Numbered from the stretch's first letter, positions 11,326 through 26,280 are shown. The stretch: DNA of 42,591 nt from Bigelowiella natans CCMP2755 (GCA_000320545.1 ADNK01000873.1:1-42591), one strand, 5' to 3'. Numbers and translations are program-made. The notes: a model not told the origin generated them from the letters alone.

Positions 11326-12036
11326 ATGGATCCCAACGAAGACTACACCGGCACCGCAGTTATAACATTTGCAGCTGTTGCTGTTATCTGTGTCGTCGGG
11401 ATTTCAACCTACATTGCTCGCAGACAGTAAGGAAAAAAACTAACAGAAATCTCTACCATTTACGACGTTTGATTTACTATCCTTGTTTCCAGTCGTATGT
11501 GGTGCTTTCGGGAGCGAGATAGCAGCTCATCCAGCATTCATAATGAAAAACAGAATCACATTGAATTACAACAGCAGAGTGCTGCAGAGATACAGTGCGA
11601 ATCTGATCTCAATTTGAAAGCCTCTGCAAGACTACCGTCTGCTCCTGGAGAATGCAAAATTCAAATGAATACCGATCACGTTGTCATCAGCAATCCCAAA
11701 GATCTTCAATATACCGTAGGGGCAATTCAGGCAGAAATCAAACAGATTAGATGTCATGCGCCTGTGGATGAAGGCTACCAGAAGAATAAAAACGGGGAAG
11801 AGAAGACAGTTTCACCAGCAGAAGAGAAAGTAAAACGAGAGCAGCCTGTAACGAAGCCGCACTGCGAAAAATCATCAAAAGAACGACATGGGAAAATATC
11901 TGTCACTTGTCTCAAAAATAAAGAACTGTTGATAACAAATAGATTTGCAGAATGTAGTATAACCAGCGAAAGTAGTGGAGACGGTCTTGGTAGTCCAGTC
12001 ATCATCGAAATTCCTGATGTACTTGTACAAAGTTAA
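11326..12036 (+). CDS. Two-exon single-pass membrane protein of unknown function
   Basis: ATG 11326 MDPNEDYTGTAVITFAAVAVICVVGISTYIARR, then a GT-AG intron at 11427-11492 joining in frame to ORF 11497-12036 (hydrophilic, probably disordered tail). Confidence 0.7.
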
Positions 12037-13132
12037 ATTACCAAGGAACAGCAATTAAAGATTAAGTATAATAATGAGTATAACGTGCGAACTAATTGTA
12101 TTTTGAGTTACAGATACCTAAGTTTCTCGCCATCAAACATTGTGACTAAGTTTGAAGCATTGCATAGCAGATCAGCGTGCATCAGTCTTGACGACTAGAC
12201 GGCAAGGATCAGCACCATCCTTGCGTGCCTAAAATCTCGGCGAAGCAACAGTCCTCATCTAGTTATATAAATGGCTCTCATCATGTGTGGTCTCGTTTCA
12301 TCGTTTCGGCTTCGCACAGGCGTACGATACACGCTTCAGTTTCCCAGCTAAATGTTTTTCACAAAAAGTCTGGATTTCAATTTCGCAGATCACAGTGCGA
12401 ACTTGGGAAATTTCCACATCTAAACATGTCTAGATGTGCGGCCGACAACGCATACCGTGTATGCATGTTGTAGCAGCTAGCGTAGCTGCTCTACACGGAG
12501 ATACAAAACAAATACAAGCTAAGTCGCAATGAGCGCTGATGTAGTCGCAGCAACGCACAGCTACGTTAGAATGGCAATTGGAAAAAGTCTAACACGTACT
12601 AGAACACTAGATTTAGTCATTACATCCGTCTCATGTGTCTAAATATGATGATGACTGCTAGCCTAGCCTAGCTAGATCGATCGTGAGCTACGAGCAGCAG
12701 CTAGTCCTGCCTTACAGTAACAAATGCAAGCTAGCTAGCTAGCCCACTATACTTGTATACATGCGCAATAGTTGAAGATACTATACTTTGTGCGAGATGC
12801 GAGAGCAGAATAACTTTACTGGTAGTATGTTCGGCCATGAACTAGGCGAAACCATACATGCGCTTGTTTGACTGCTTATTTAGCGTTAGTGACCGTATTG
12901 TGCCTTATGTAACACGAACTCTGCGAAAGCTTACGCTTCCAACGCTAAAGTTTTTCACGTCACCATGTTACGTTCCCTGTGCCGTGTCTACGGAAAGAGA
13001 CACAATATTATGTGCAGGTGGCTACATGACAACATGTTTGCTGAATGTAGCAAACGACGAACAGACTTCACTGGTTCCACATAACAAGATTTAATCATTT
13101 TTATCCAGCTTTCATCGATATCGCTACTTTTT

Positions 13133-14397
13133 TCAGGAAGCATATTTGGCCATAAGCTCAGCCTTCTTTTTCGCCAATATCGCAGCTTTAAGTTCTTCAT
13201 CTAAAAAAGAGTAAACCAGATTAAGGATACTAATCTAATCATTTCATTTTCGGTCCATGACTACGGTCCATAACTATACGTTACAAATACTACGATACCG
13301 CTTGGAAGTGGGACATGTGCCTTAAAAAGAACCTCGCCTCCTTCTTTATTCGTTGCATCGCTTAAGCTTCCATCGTATGTCTTTGTGATCTTCCTTACTT
13401 TACTCTTTGTGAACAAATTTTTATCAAAACATCGCTAGAACGAGGGGGAAATAATCGTACCTTTTCGTTTTGTGCATTCCATTTATCAATAGCTCTCTTT
13501 CTAGCCTTTGTTTCTACTTTAGCTTCTAGTTTTACTAAGTATCCGTCGTCTTCATCGCCATAGCCATAATACTGTGCGTCAACTAGCTTATGAAGATCTG
13601 CATTAAATTAATCATTTACTCAAAATTTAATCTTACAATGGCGACCGAGGAAAATTAGTGAATATCTACGCATAACGATGACATTTTAATTACACCTCCT
13701 CTGGTCCTCCGTTTGACATTCTCCAGCTGCTGTTTTTCAAAAAGTTCACGGACTCCCGGAAGCTCACGGGCTGCCCCGAAGTAGAAATACCCACCCCTTT
13801 AAATAAATGTTGGATATTATATGGTGTAACATCAATTTTAGTGAGGAAAATCTTGGGTTAAAAAAATCAAATTACGCTCCCATTGGAGCTCCTCTGCCAT
13901 CTCGAATATTTGGAACTCCCTGCAACAAAGCAAAGAATAAATTAATGAATGAAATACTTTAAGGACAAGAGTCTTCCTCGCTACCCGAGTATAGTCAGGT
14001 CCTCCGAGAAGTTTGATTTGGCGTTCCCAGTGTTTCTTCTCCCGTAGAAGCTTGTTGATATGGTCATTGAGGTCGCGTATTCTATGCTCCCCCAGACTGG
14101 CATTCTGTATCTCAGTAACCTCCTTCGAGATCTCTTTCACGATTTGTCGCCTCCATCTCTCCGCTTCACCCAAGTTGTTACACTCATTTGCGAATGCCGG
14201 TCTCTTTCCTGGGTTTGTGATCAATCATAGAAAATTAAATTTTTTGGAAAAGTGCTTACAAACTGCGAGGCCCGTCTCTCGCAACGAAAACTGACGCAAA
14301 CACACTGATGAACACCTTTTGGGCCATAAAGCTGATCCTTCTTGTACTGCAAGAAGCGATTCAGCATCGCCTGGGCTTTCTCTTGATTTCGCGCCAT
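13133..14397 (-). CDS. ISY1: Pre-mRNA splicing factor ISY1 (NTC/Prp19-associated)
   Basis: [105 protein letters not shown]: ISY1 signatures across ~7 exons. Confidence 0.96.
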
Positions 14398-14590
14398 GGT
14401 TGCCTTTGTTCTTGTGCAAGATCGTCAGAGTTTGAGTCTATTTGCAATAACTTATCCAGGAAAGGGGAGGTGCGGCAGGGTAAATTAAATGAATTCTCAG
14501 AATACCAGATAGCAATTTCTTCGCATTAGACTCCTTTTATACCCTATATTCGCCTCCTACGACATTCATAATAAACTAGAAATACTATTT
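14398..14590. promoter_or_regulatory. Putative compact bidirectional promoter (ISY1 / TBC gene)
   Basis: About 190 bp between divergent ATGs; the TBC start is tentative. Confidence 0.4.
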
Positions 14591-15309
14591 ATGACCATCG
14601 CCCAAACTTCCAGAAGTTTGTGCTTGAGATTGTGGATGTAATCATTGCTGAAAGGTGGGGGTTAGAGAAGAACGACAAGGATATATAGTTGTCGTCCTGT
14701 ATATGAGCGTCTAGCTTCGGTCGGGAACAATCGATCGGAGGATGGACTTTACTTCCCCTCTTCCGGCGACTACTCGAATTATCATTGGACCACCCTCTCC
14801 ATAAAGTTGGTACTAGTACTAGTAATAGTAGTAGTAGAGTACTGATGAGTCTCATGCGGGATTTTAGACGCTTGAAATAATCCACAACGACATTTTACTG
14901 GTCGAAAGTTAACAACACTCAATCAAATTGGTTCATTTATCCATCCAGAAGTGCTCGTCGATACTTAATAATTCATTCAGGGGCCACAGTTCTAGAGCCA
15001 AATTCGCCTTTCCATTCCTCATTGAGCCGGATAATGCAATCCAAGAAGGCTGCAATATCAGGATTCATCCACAACGCATCGCTAAGGAGGTGATGATAGG
15101 AGTAGAGCTGTTGTTTAGTGGAGCTCTTCTTCGTGAACTAGTTTATTCTTTTTGCCTTTGATTCTTTATGTTTCATGATACAGTCCTAAAGAGCCCCCGA
15201 GCCAATCGAATGCGCTCAGCTTTTTTGACAATGAAGTACAAAATTGCTCAAATAGACAGCGCGTAGCAACGGAATGGCGGTGGTGGTGGTTCGTGAATCT
15301 TCTGGTTTC

Positions 15310-15343
<34 letters not shown>

Positions 15344-15730
15344 GTGGTGGTGGTGAAGTCAAAATAAAATTTGAATAATCTTTGCACAGTCTCTAGTGGT
15401 GAATCATCATCCAGCATGATGATCAATAAATGTTGTTGTTCAATCATAATACCTTCAGACGGGGTCTGTTGTAATCGATGGAAAAAAGGTAGTAGTTGTG
15501 ATGATGATGATGGGCAATTATTGTCTTATTCAATCGATAATACGAGAATAATTGCAGAGCATGCATGCGAATTCTCCCATGAGAAGTTTATCCAATTCAA
15601 TCGCCCTAAATGTACTACTACTAATATAGTTTCCAAAGTGGTCCTCGGAAGAAACAAGTACTAGTTTGAAAGAAGAAGGCCAACAGAACAACACTCCAAG
15701 CTTGTGGGAATGGGCTTTTGGTACTACCAC

Positions 15731-15763
<33 letters not shown>

Positions 15764-16238
15764 TAGTAGTAGACAACGACGACATGATGAGGCGACAAAT
15801 ACGCAAGAATATATGTACATATATACATATATAAGCATATACACATCTTTGTTTCAATCAATTCCAAGGTGGTGGTGGTGGTGCAATCTCTCCAAAAGTC
15901 TCTGCTGCTGCCAATGCTGCTACACATGGCAAGGGAATCCACACTAAAGAAAGATCGAAAAGGTGGTATTTGCAGTAGTAGTAGTAGTAATAGTAGTAGT
16001 AATACCAAAGCAGCTTTGTTTTTGGAAGTGATGAAGCTTACATATGTTATTCCTCCTCCTCTTGCGTTAATGTTATACAGGAGAGCATCATCATCATCAT
16101 CATTCAATTTCAAATCATATATATCGGTTCGAGACCTATTCCACGAGGACTTTCAACTCAAAAGGCAATTAATAACAAAGGAATTAGATGATTTTGGCCA
16201 TCATGCGGACGAATCCAATGATGATTTACTACATCCTA

Positions 16239-16274
<36 letters not shown>

Positions 16275-16380
16275 CAGAATCCAATGATCACGAGGACGAT
16301 GATGATGATGATGATTTACTGCATCCTATATTACTATCAACAGGGCTCGAGATAAGAAGTCTATTGCCTTGGGAAATCGG

Positions 16381-16416
<36 letters not shown>

Positions 16417-17026
16417 GGATGCTGCAATCAAGAAGTGAGATCATAAAAAACGATAGTTAAATAGAGAATGAATCATGAATAATGACTGGAGAGAAGAAGA
16501 AGAAGAAGAAGAAGAAGAAGAAGAAGAAGAAGAAGGCCGCCTTAAAGAACGGAAGGAAAACAAAAAATAAGATGCTAGCAATAAATGATGACAAGCCAAC
16601 AAGTAATGCAACATTAAAAAAGATTATTTATTATGTTTGTTTCAGTTGGATAAGTGCTAGTGGGGCTCAGCAGAAAAAGATCGAAGCTGCTTGTGCTGGG
16701 ATCTGTAATATTGCTATGCTATGCTAAGACATATTTATATTTATGATAATTTATTTAATATTCTTTATGAAGCAGCAAATCAATATCATGACGTTGACGA
16801 TGATAGTGATAAGCATATGAAGTACTACTCCTCAGCCTACCAAAGTTACTTGCTTCCCGATGCAATATCAACCGAATCCAGAGACTTCCGCCAAATAGAA
16901 AAGGTGTGTGTGATGACACAACTGATTGTAAAGTGGTGATAAAGAACAAGAAGAGGAGGAAGAAGATGATGATCATGATCATGATAACTAGTGTGTATTA
17001 TTTATGTGTGCATTGTCATTTTTATG

Positions 17027-17065
<39 letters not shown>

Positions 17066-17412
17066 GCGTCTGTTCTCTTCACAACCCGCATCGATGATGA
17101 TCGATCCATCAATTCGGTCTTATATCACCAAGCAAGCTGATGATAAGAGCAACATATTAATATGTCATGATGTCGTCTTTTAACATTAGGATATCGAACG
17201 CACTTGCTTGTCATCCGAAGTACATGCAGGTATAATTTAGGTAAATTACAGGAGATTAGTAGCAGTGCCAGATAACATCTAATGTAACAACCCCCACCCT
17301 CATTTAGAAAGAATCAGATGCAAACGATGACACTGATAATGACACCGTGAAGGCCGATATAGTGTCCGTATGCCTTTGCTACAACAACAACTACTACTAC
17401 TATTACTACTAC

Positions 17413-17453
<41 letters not shown>

Positions 17454-18540
17454 ATTATTATTATCAGGTCTCCACGACTATTTTTCGGGGGCTCTTGGCA
17501 AAAAAGTAAAGCAGCGGCAGCAGCAGTCTACTAGCAATTTAGAAAAATCATCATCATCATCATCAAAGAATGCGGCGACGAAAGCAGGTACTATAAGTGT
17601 ATCTACTAGCATTACCATGTTGATGAGTACAAAGAATAATAATATTATTATTATTATTATTACTATAGAAGCAGCAGTAACAACAAAGAAGCAGAAGAAG
17701 AGAAGAGAAGAAGAAAGAATACAACAAGGAAAAAAACTAAGAAAAAAAGGAGGAGGAAGAACCCACCAGCAGCAGCAAAATGGTGATGATCACCACAAGC
17801 TACAGGAGGAGGAGGAGGAAAAAAAGGGAGAAAATGAAGAAGAAGAAGAACAAGAGGAAGAAGAGGAAGCACTTCGGACAAACAACTTCGATGTGATAGA
17901 TGGTAGCTTTATCATCTTCTGTGTACAAATAATATTTTTAAATATAATCATCATCATTATCATTATCATCATTAAAATCATCTTATTACTACGATATAAC
18001 GTGCCATGAAATACTGCTGCTGCTGCTGCTGCTGCTGATGCTGCTGCTGCTGATGATGATGGTGATGATGCAGCAGGTTTATTCTCTACTTACACCACTA
18101 CTTCTAGTACGAATTCTATTCATTTCCAACTAGACAAGACAGCTTCCATATATGTAAATATGATGTAGTCGTGTCCTCTTTCTTCATGATGATGAGTCCT
18201 CCCCTCTATTTCTTAGAACTTAGAAGGGTTTTACGTGCGGTGGCAGTGAGGAATCCAGGACTTGGCTATACACAAGGTAAGAGAATGAATACACCAAGGA
18301 AATATTAGAGTGGTGCGAGAGGAGGGAGAACAAAGTGAAATTGATGACGTACGGGTAGATTAGAATGGAAGCCAAAAATAACTGTGTATTTTTAAGGTGA
18401 TGATGACGACGACTTATTACTATTTATCTGTGTTATTTGTGTTATTTATGTACTTAATCACAACAACAACTACAACAACTTCTAATCTTACTCAGGCATG
18501 AATTACCTTGGATGTATGCTGCTTGGCCTCATGAAGGTGC

Positions 18541-18576
<36 letters not shown>

Positions 18577-18867
18577 GAGGGAGGAGGAGGAGGAGGAGGA
18601 GGAGGAGGTGTCATCATAATACATCATCATCATCCGTGTCTATCCAGAACTACTACTAGTAGTAGTAGTAGTTGAAGTAGTACTATTACTATATCCAAGC
18701 TTACTGTGATGGCGACGTGGTCTCTATGCTGTCAATATATTATTATGCGTTGACTATACTCTGATGATACGTATCTTGGTGTATGATCCAGGAGGAAGAA
18801 GCATTTTGGGTCTTATGCAGCTTGATAGAAGATCTGCGTCCACACGACTACTTCAGTCCTCAACCTG

Positions 18868-18902
<35 letters not shown>

Positions 18903-19922
18903 TCTACATCCATCTTAAGAACAGCAGCAACAACAACAACAAAGAAGAAGAAGAAGAAGAAAAAGAAGAAAAAAAAAGAAAATATACTGCTGCTGCTGCT
19001 GTATAATTAGGAACATTTGGCTTTCACTACTATTTATTGATTTATGTATAGTAATAATGATAATAATGAAGACAGCGTATTATTATTATTATTACTATTA
19101 TTATAGTGGTTATTATTACTATTCTTATAATTATTTTAGATGGTCCTTTATACTTATCATTTTAATAATAACAATAATAATACATCAAATAAATATTAGC
19201 TTAGACGTGATGAGATATATGTTCCTGGCATTTTTGCCCTTAATAATACTGAATGATGATTAACTTCAAAGCGCACACTTGGCGGATACCATCTCGATGC
19301 ACACATTCTTGATGGGATCGTTCAGGTGGTTTTGATAAACGATAGTATAACATCATCATCATTATCATATCCATCATCTCATAAGAATCAATGATATAAA
19401 CAGAGAGAGAGGGGGGGGGGGGGGGGAAGAGGCCCATTATTGTAATTGTTGCTATCTTCATGTTTCTCCTTTTTCTCCACCACCTGATTTCCTTATACAT
19501 TATTATTCCTCATGTACTCCTCCTCCTCCTCCTCAGGACATTTTTCCTGAATTAATACATGATGCCTCTAGTGATGATTCTCCTCATTCTTCTGCCTCTG
19601 CTGGAAGAACCAGAAGAACAAGAAGAAAGGGAGAAAAAACAGCAGCAGCAACAACAACAAACTCATTATCGTCAATACCTGCCGCTGCTGCTGCTTCTTC
19701 TCCAACTGCAAGGGCCAATTTGCAAGCTTTGGGCAGTACGTTCAGCTTGTTTTATCCAAGATGGCTGCTTCCGTTATTCTATTCCGAGGTAGGTAGGTAG
19801 GTAGGTAGGTAGGTAGGTAGTAGTACTACTAGTTTCTCTGCAATAATACCAGATAGTGATGTTTGTTTCTTTATTGATTTTATTTGTTTCTAGTAGTTTT
19901 ATACGATGAGGAACTAATATCC

Positions 19923-19958
<36 letters not shown>

Positions 19959-21226
19959 AATCAAAATGCATTTTGACTTGATTCTTTGGTTGTTGTTGTG
20001 TTGTTGATGGTACAACTGCCTACCTACCTAGTTACCATTCGATACAATGCTGGCCCTTTGGCATGCCTTCTTCGTCATATCTCCCTCGTCTTGTGCTATT
20101 TATGCGTCTCCTTCTTCTTCTTCAAATACTACTCCTTCTACTTACTACACGGAGTCGGCTAGGTGTTGTGAGAGTTCTTATGGTTTACTGCTACTACTGC
20201 AACTACATGTTGTTATTTAGTACTATGATGGATAACGCTACACGCCATATTATGGCACAAGACTCTTACTAGCATTTTTAATTATATTTCTGGACGGGTT
20301 GAGGGGGGAGAGAAAGAGAAAGAGGGAGAATTTGACTGCTGACAAATATATTTTGATTTATCATCGTCATCATGATTATCATTATCATCATACAGCAACA
20401 AGAATAGTGTGATTGACTCCTCCTCCTCTACCTCCTCCTCTCCAAGACTATCATCTGATCATGATGATACCAGAGCAGGAGCTGGGGAAGCTGTGGTACT
20501 AATACTACTAGTATTAGTATTAGTAGTAGTAATGGCGTTGAGATACAATTAGAGCATTACCTACCTCCTCTGACCTAATAATAATATCCACAGACCACTA
20601 CTACTCACTACTTACTACTCACCACTCTCTACTCAATACTCACTGCCGTGTTAGAAGAAGAAGAAAAAGATATCTCATTATTGACTAATTGTTGTTATTG
20701 TTCTCTCAAGGTATTTTGTGCGGTATTGTCTGTAATCGAGAAAGCCATACGAGAATGCTACAGGGTTGTTATCTGCCAACCGCCAATGCTGCTGCTACTG
20801 ATTATGATGATGATGACGATGATTATGAATAAATCAGGAAGAAATATGTGAAGATCACGAGGAGGAGGACAAGCACAGGGATAGTACTACTACTACTGCT
20901 ACGGTATCATCATCATCGTCATCTTCTTCTTCTTCATCTTCATCACTCCTAAGTATTATCAGTAGTATTTTTGCAGTAGTAATAGTGATTATTCATCATC
21001 ATCATCATCATGATTTATTCAGATAAAAATAGAGAATCCTTTTGCCTTGATTAAGAGTGTGTGCAAGAACCTTTCCAAGGTACTACTAGCTACCTTATGT
21101 CATCGTTGATATAATATGCTATCTTGCTACATTATGCATGCATGCATGCATGCATGTGTGTGTGTGTCAAAGAGATGGAGAGAGATGGAGAGAAGAGCAA
21201 CAACAACAACAAGGGTCGTGTTTCAG

Positions 21227-21266
<40 letters not shown>

Positions 21267-21680
21267 GATCAATCAGAGGGAGTTACTCAATGGACTTAAC
21301 AAGTACCTACCTCGTGTACCACCTCCCCTGCTAAGAAGGAGGCGAAGAAGGTTGGGTTGTTAGTACATGTGGAAGTCTTAGTCAATGATCATGAACGATG
21401 ATGATGATGATGATGATGATGATGATCCATCGTAGCTATCATCCTATACGTTCCCTATCACGGATATTATTGCCACTATTGTCCACCCCCTCCTCCTGCT
21501 CTTCCTCTTCCTCCTCTCTTCCTTAAACTTCTTAAGATTAAAGGCCTCACGTGCAAGAGCATCAAACGCCTCTCCGTGGGGAATTCCGGTAGTATATATA
21601 TGTATGTATTACTACTCTATTATCGGATGACGATGATGATGACGATGATGACGATGATGACGATGATGGCCATGAGCAAT

Positions 21681-21711
<31 letters not shown>

Positions 21712-22199
21712 ACTAATGTAAGTAGTGAGAGAGAGAGAGAGAAAGGCCTCAGAGACAGACGCAAGAAGCTATAAGTTTGAGCAGCATAGTACTCATTCTC
21801 TATACTACTACTTAACATCTCCTCTCGAAATAAGGGGTGATGGATGAATGGATGGATGGATAGCTGGATAATAATATAATAAGGGATGATGGATGGATGG
21901 ATGGATGGATGGATGGATGAAAGGATGTTGCTGCTACTACTATCATTTGTTCCATTTTCACAATATCAACACCCCCTTAACAACACATCATCATCATCAT
22001 CATCATCATCACCATCATCATCATCGTATTTATCTCCAATGATCAGGTAATAGCAGATTTGACAGGACTACCGATGAAGGACATCGAGATGTACCAGCGA
22101 GGGTACTACTTCTTTTCATCAACTTTGTCATCATTTTATCATCAGTCATATATACATAAAAGAAGCATCATATCAAGAGGCGTTGAGGATGCTGAATAC

Positions 22200-22230
<31 letters not shown>

Positions 22231-22554
22231 ATGATTATACAGTTTTTGGGCCTGGACAGGGGCACAACAAGGTAGCAATCAAGTAGTCTTTTTATTCATT
22301 TATTCAAAAGCCAAGATGATGATGATGATGAGGAGGAGGAGGAGGAGGTGGTGGTGGTTAATCAAAGAGGAAAAGTATTTTTCTTCTTGTTGTTCTTTTT
22401 CTTAGTTTAGTATTTACAATGTTTATATGTATGTGCTCATCTACGTGCAGGAGGAAGTCCTGAAGAATACCGAAGACGTGTCTTTGGTGATATTAAATAA
22501 TAAATATATAACAACATTCTCACTCTGCTAATATAGAGGTTGTTACTGCACTAG

Positions 22555-22606
<52 letters not shown>

Positions 22607-22804
22607 TATTGATATGCTTGTGAGGGGTGTGTGTGTGTGTGTGTGAACGCACGTTATCCTTATTATTATTAGTCCAAATACTCTTCTTGTTCTTCTTCTT
22701 CTTATTGTTATCATGATTGTTATTATAGGGCAGAAGAGGATGAAAGGATTTGGAGAATTTAAGACGCACCTCTCAATCCAGGAAGAAGTAACAACCACGA
22801 AACC

Positions 22805-22839
<35 letters not shown>

Positions 22840-22863
22840 AGGGATCATTGGAACCAGGGGCAT

Positions 22864-22935
<72 letters not shown>

Positions 22936-23981
22936 TATATATATTATATAGTATTCATATTTATTCTTGCTTTGTTCTTCTTGATCTTCTTGTTTCTCAT
23001 CATCATCATCAGGGTGATTGGATGGAGGCTATAGGCAGCAGCAGAGTCCCTGTACGTAGTACTTCTATTACTACTACTACTACTACTCCTACTTGTGTGT
23101 GTGTGCATGTTGTTAGGATGATGATGTTGATAATGATGATGATGATGTTTAGAAGGGACTTATAGAATTGTTGTCATTTGATAGCAGAGCTGTTGTTTCT
23201 TCTTCGATTCATCATCATCATCATCATCATCATGGTGACGGCATATTATCACACAAATCAGATTCACTCTGCCCCAAGATACTCATCTAAAAAGGCCAAG
23301 ATACTTATTGACGGCTGCTTAGCACCTTACCTATGCAAAGTAAGACCAACAACAACAAGAGAGAACATAGTAGCAATAGCAATTATTCGTTGTTGATGTC
23401 GTTATTAGCATTACTGTCTGGTGGTGTTGGTGATGATGATGATGATGATGATGATGATGGTGTCAGGGCTCACGAATACGAGTTATAAAGAAGGAAGGAA
23501 AGTGGGTCCAGCATGCTAAAGGGTAGTAGTAGTAGTAGTAGTAGTAATAATAATAATAATAAAAGGAAAGAGTGGGTCTAGCATCATGCTAAAGGGTAGT
23601 AGTAGTAGTTGTAAGAATTGGAAGGAGCAGCAGGGCTATTAAGGGATCATCATGGTGCTGCTGCTGTGATATGTACATAATATGTTTATGCTAATAATGC
23701 TAATAATGCTACAAATACTACTGTTGTTGGTGCTGCTGCTGCTGTTGTTATCTTCTAATATGGTATTGGTTGTGGTACTACAGATGGACTCCTGCTCATA
23801 TGTTAAAGAAGATCGTTGCACCTGTCAGTAGTAATAGTAGTAGGAGTAGTAGTAGTAGTAGTAGCACTGTAAGATGATGATGATGATGATGATAATGATT
23901 ACGATTATTATGTATTGATCAGGCACAAGGCTTGACGTTTGATGCGTTCAGCGCGTTGGTGCAAGCTTGTGGTAACAATAT

Positions 23982-24014
<33 letters not shown>

Positions 24015-24792
24015 AACTAATAATAGTAGTAAAATCTATCTCTAACCCCCCTCCTCTAAATGGTGAATCAGGAATACAAAAAAGATTTTGTACTAGTTTA
24101 TTTAGGAGAGCAGATGTGGACAAGTAAGTTGTAGTGGCAAATGAACAGTAGTAGTATTAGTAGTAGCAGTAGTAGTAGTAGTAGCAAATCACCACAATTT
24201 ATCAAATGTTCTACCTTTCTCCTCCTTGACCAACATACCTGGGTTATCATCAATTATTATCTCACATAACACCATTATTATACAGCTACTACTACTACCA
24301 CTACCACTACTGTGTTGTATGTGATTGATGGATATCATCGTAACAACAACAACAACAACAACAACAACATAGAAACGGATTCGTTGATTTTCCTGAGCTG
24401 ATGAGTATACTCGCACCTTTGCGAAGAGGAGCTCCTGATCAGATTCACCACGCAGCAGCGGTAGTAATAATACTACCACCACCACCACCACCAGTAGTAG
24501 TAGTAGTTGTAATGAAAATAATACGAAGAAGAACAACAGGATGTAGCAGGATGATGATGATGATGATGACTACTGTGATTCTTATTCCATGATCTCTGCT
24601 CGTCTTGTGCTTACAAACTACTACTACTACTACTACTACTACTGCTGCTGCTGCTAAGGTCTTTTTGCTATACGAAGAAATGGGTGTTGGTCTGCTTTCC
24701 AAAGAGGTAGTACTACCTAGTTGTTGTAGTAGTAGTAGAAGAAGAAGAAGCACTGCATCATAATTAAGAAACATGCTGACATCATTGAGATA

Positions 24793-24825
<33 letters not shown>

Positions 24826-25786
24826 GACTAGTACTGTTGTTGTTGTTGTTGTTTGAGGATGATTGTTTAGTATAATAGATGAATGATGATGATGATAATG
24901 ATGATGTCAAACGACGAGATCATGAGATTATGATTTGCATTCTTTCTCATTATTTATTATTTACATCTTCGTATTCGTCATTATATAATATACTTTTTCT
25001 AATTTCTCAACCAACGAACCAATCCTTGATTACATACATACATACATACATACATACATTCAATGTTGTTGTTGTTGTTGTTTTAGAGGGCTGAAGCACT
25101 TATTTCTGATTTACATCTACCTCTCGATGCTCAAAGAACATTTAGAAAGTTTTTTGTCCAAATACCATCATCATCACCATCTCATCAGCCCGACGGCTGC
25201 TTCTTAACATGCAATCACTTCCTGGTGAGTATGTAGTAAGGAAGGAGGAGGAGGAAGAGGAAGAGAGTATACTTAGCCTCTACCACAATGCCATGCTTAA
25301 GCTAACTTATTATCCTAAGAAGAATAGACCTGAAACACCACCACCAGCATCAGAAGAAGAAGAAGAAGAAGAAGAAAAACTCCTCCTCTTCCTCCTCCTC
25401 CTCCTCCTCCTCCTCCTCCTCCTCCTCCTCTTCTCAGCAAGATTAGCAGCACGATCCATTTAAACATCTATATATCATGATTATCATCGTGCTGTGATTA
25501 TTGTGCGTGTTTACTATTTCTATGCTTCTTCATTATTATCATCATCAGCAAGCACTTACTACATTATCGCAACAACAACAACTACAACTACACCACGATG
25601 AAGAAAAAGAGCAGCAGCAGCAGCAGATAAGCAGATATCTCCTCCCCTTAGCCATTAATTTAGAACCTTTAAAACCTCTCTGGTCCCTGGATCCCAGTAG
25701 TAGATCTGAAGGGGGAGGGAGGGTGATGAAGGTAATCACCATCATGATGATAGTACTGATGGAAGAAGATCGTCTACTGTTATTAT

Positions 25787-25829
<43 letters not shown>

Positions 25830-26247
25830 GGACGAAGACATCGTAACAGCAAAGGAATACCTTTTCTCTCTTCTTCTTCTTCTTCTTCTTCTTCTTCTTC
25901 TTCTTCTTCACTTTGTTGTTCTTATTCTTGTGGTGCTTTGACATTATTAGTATGAATAGCAATATTACCATCATCTACTGCTACTATGTATAAATCAGGT
26001 CAAGATAAGAAAAGCATCAGGCTTGCTTGTCAAATCTGCTGTTGGGTTATTAACAGCAGGAGGAATCTTTGGAAACCTTCTTATTGGAAAAAAAGGAGGA
26101 GGGGGGGAAGGTTCTCGATTTCGATGCGAAACTGTCGTGCACGTAAGGGTAGTAAGTAAGTAAGTATGTTGTAAATGATATCTACTACTAATCAGGATGA
26201 TGATAGTATAGATATGAGAGACCTACCCCCTCCTCCCTGTAGTAGTT

Positions 26248-26280
<33 letters not shown>

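Noticed and set aside
14395-14398. Palindromic CATG acting as start codon for both ISY1 and the TBC gene
   Set aside because: It needs an unusually short 33-nt intron and leads to a frame that hits a stop at the next junction. ATG 14591 splices in frame.
14589-15857. Minus-strand ORFs resembling signal-peptide proteins (poly-Leu)
   Set aside because: The poly-L comes from antisense translation of intronic TAG/CAG repeats. Plus-strand exons with proper splice sites explain the region.
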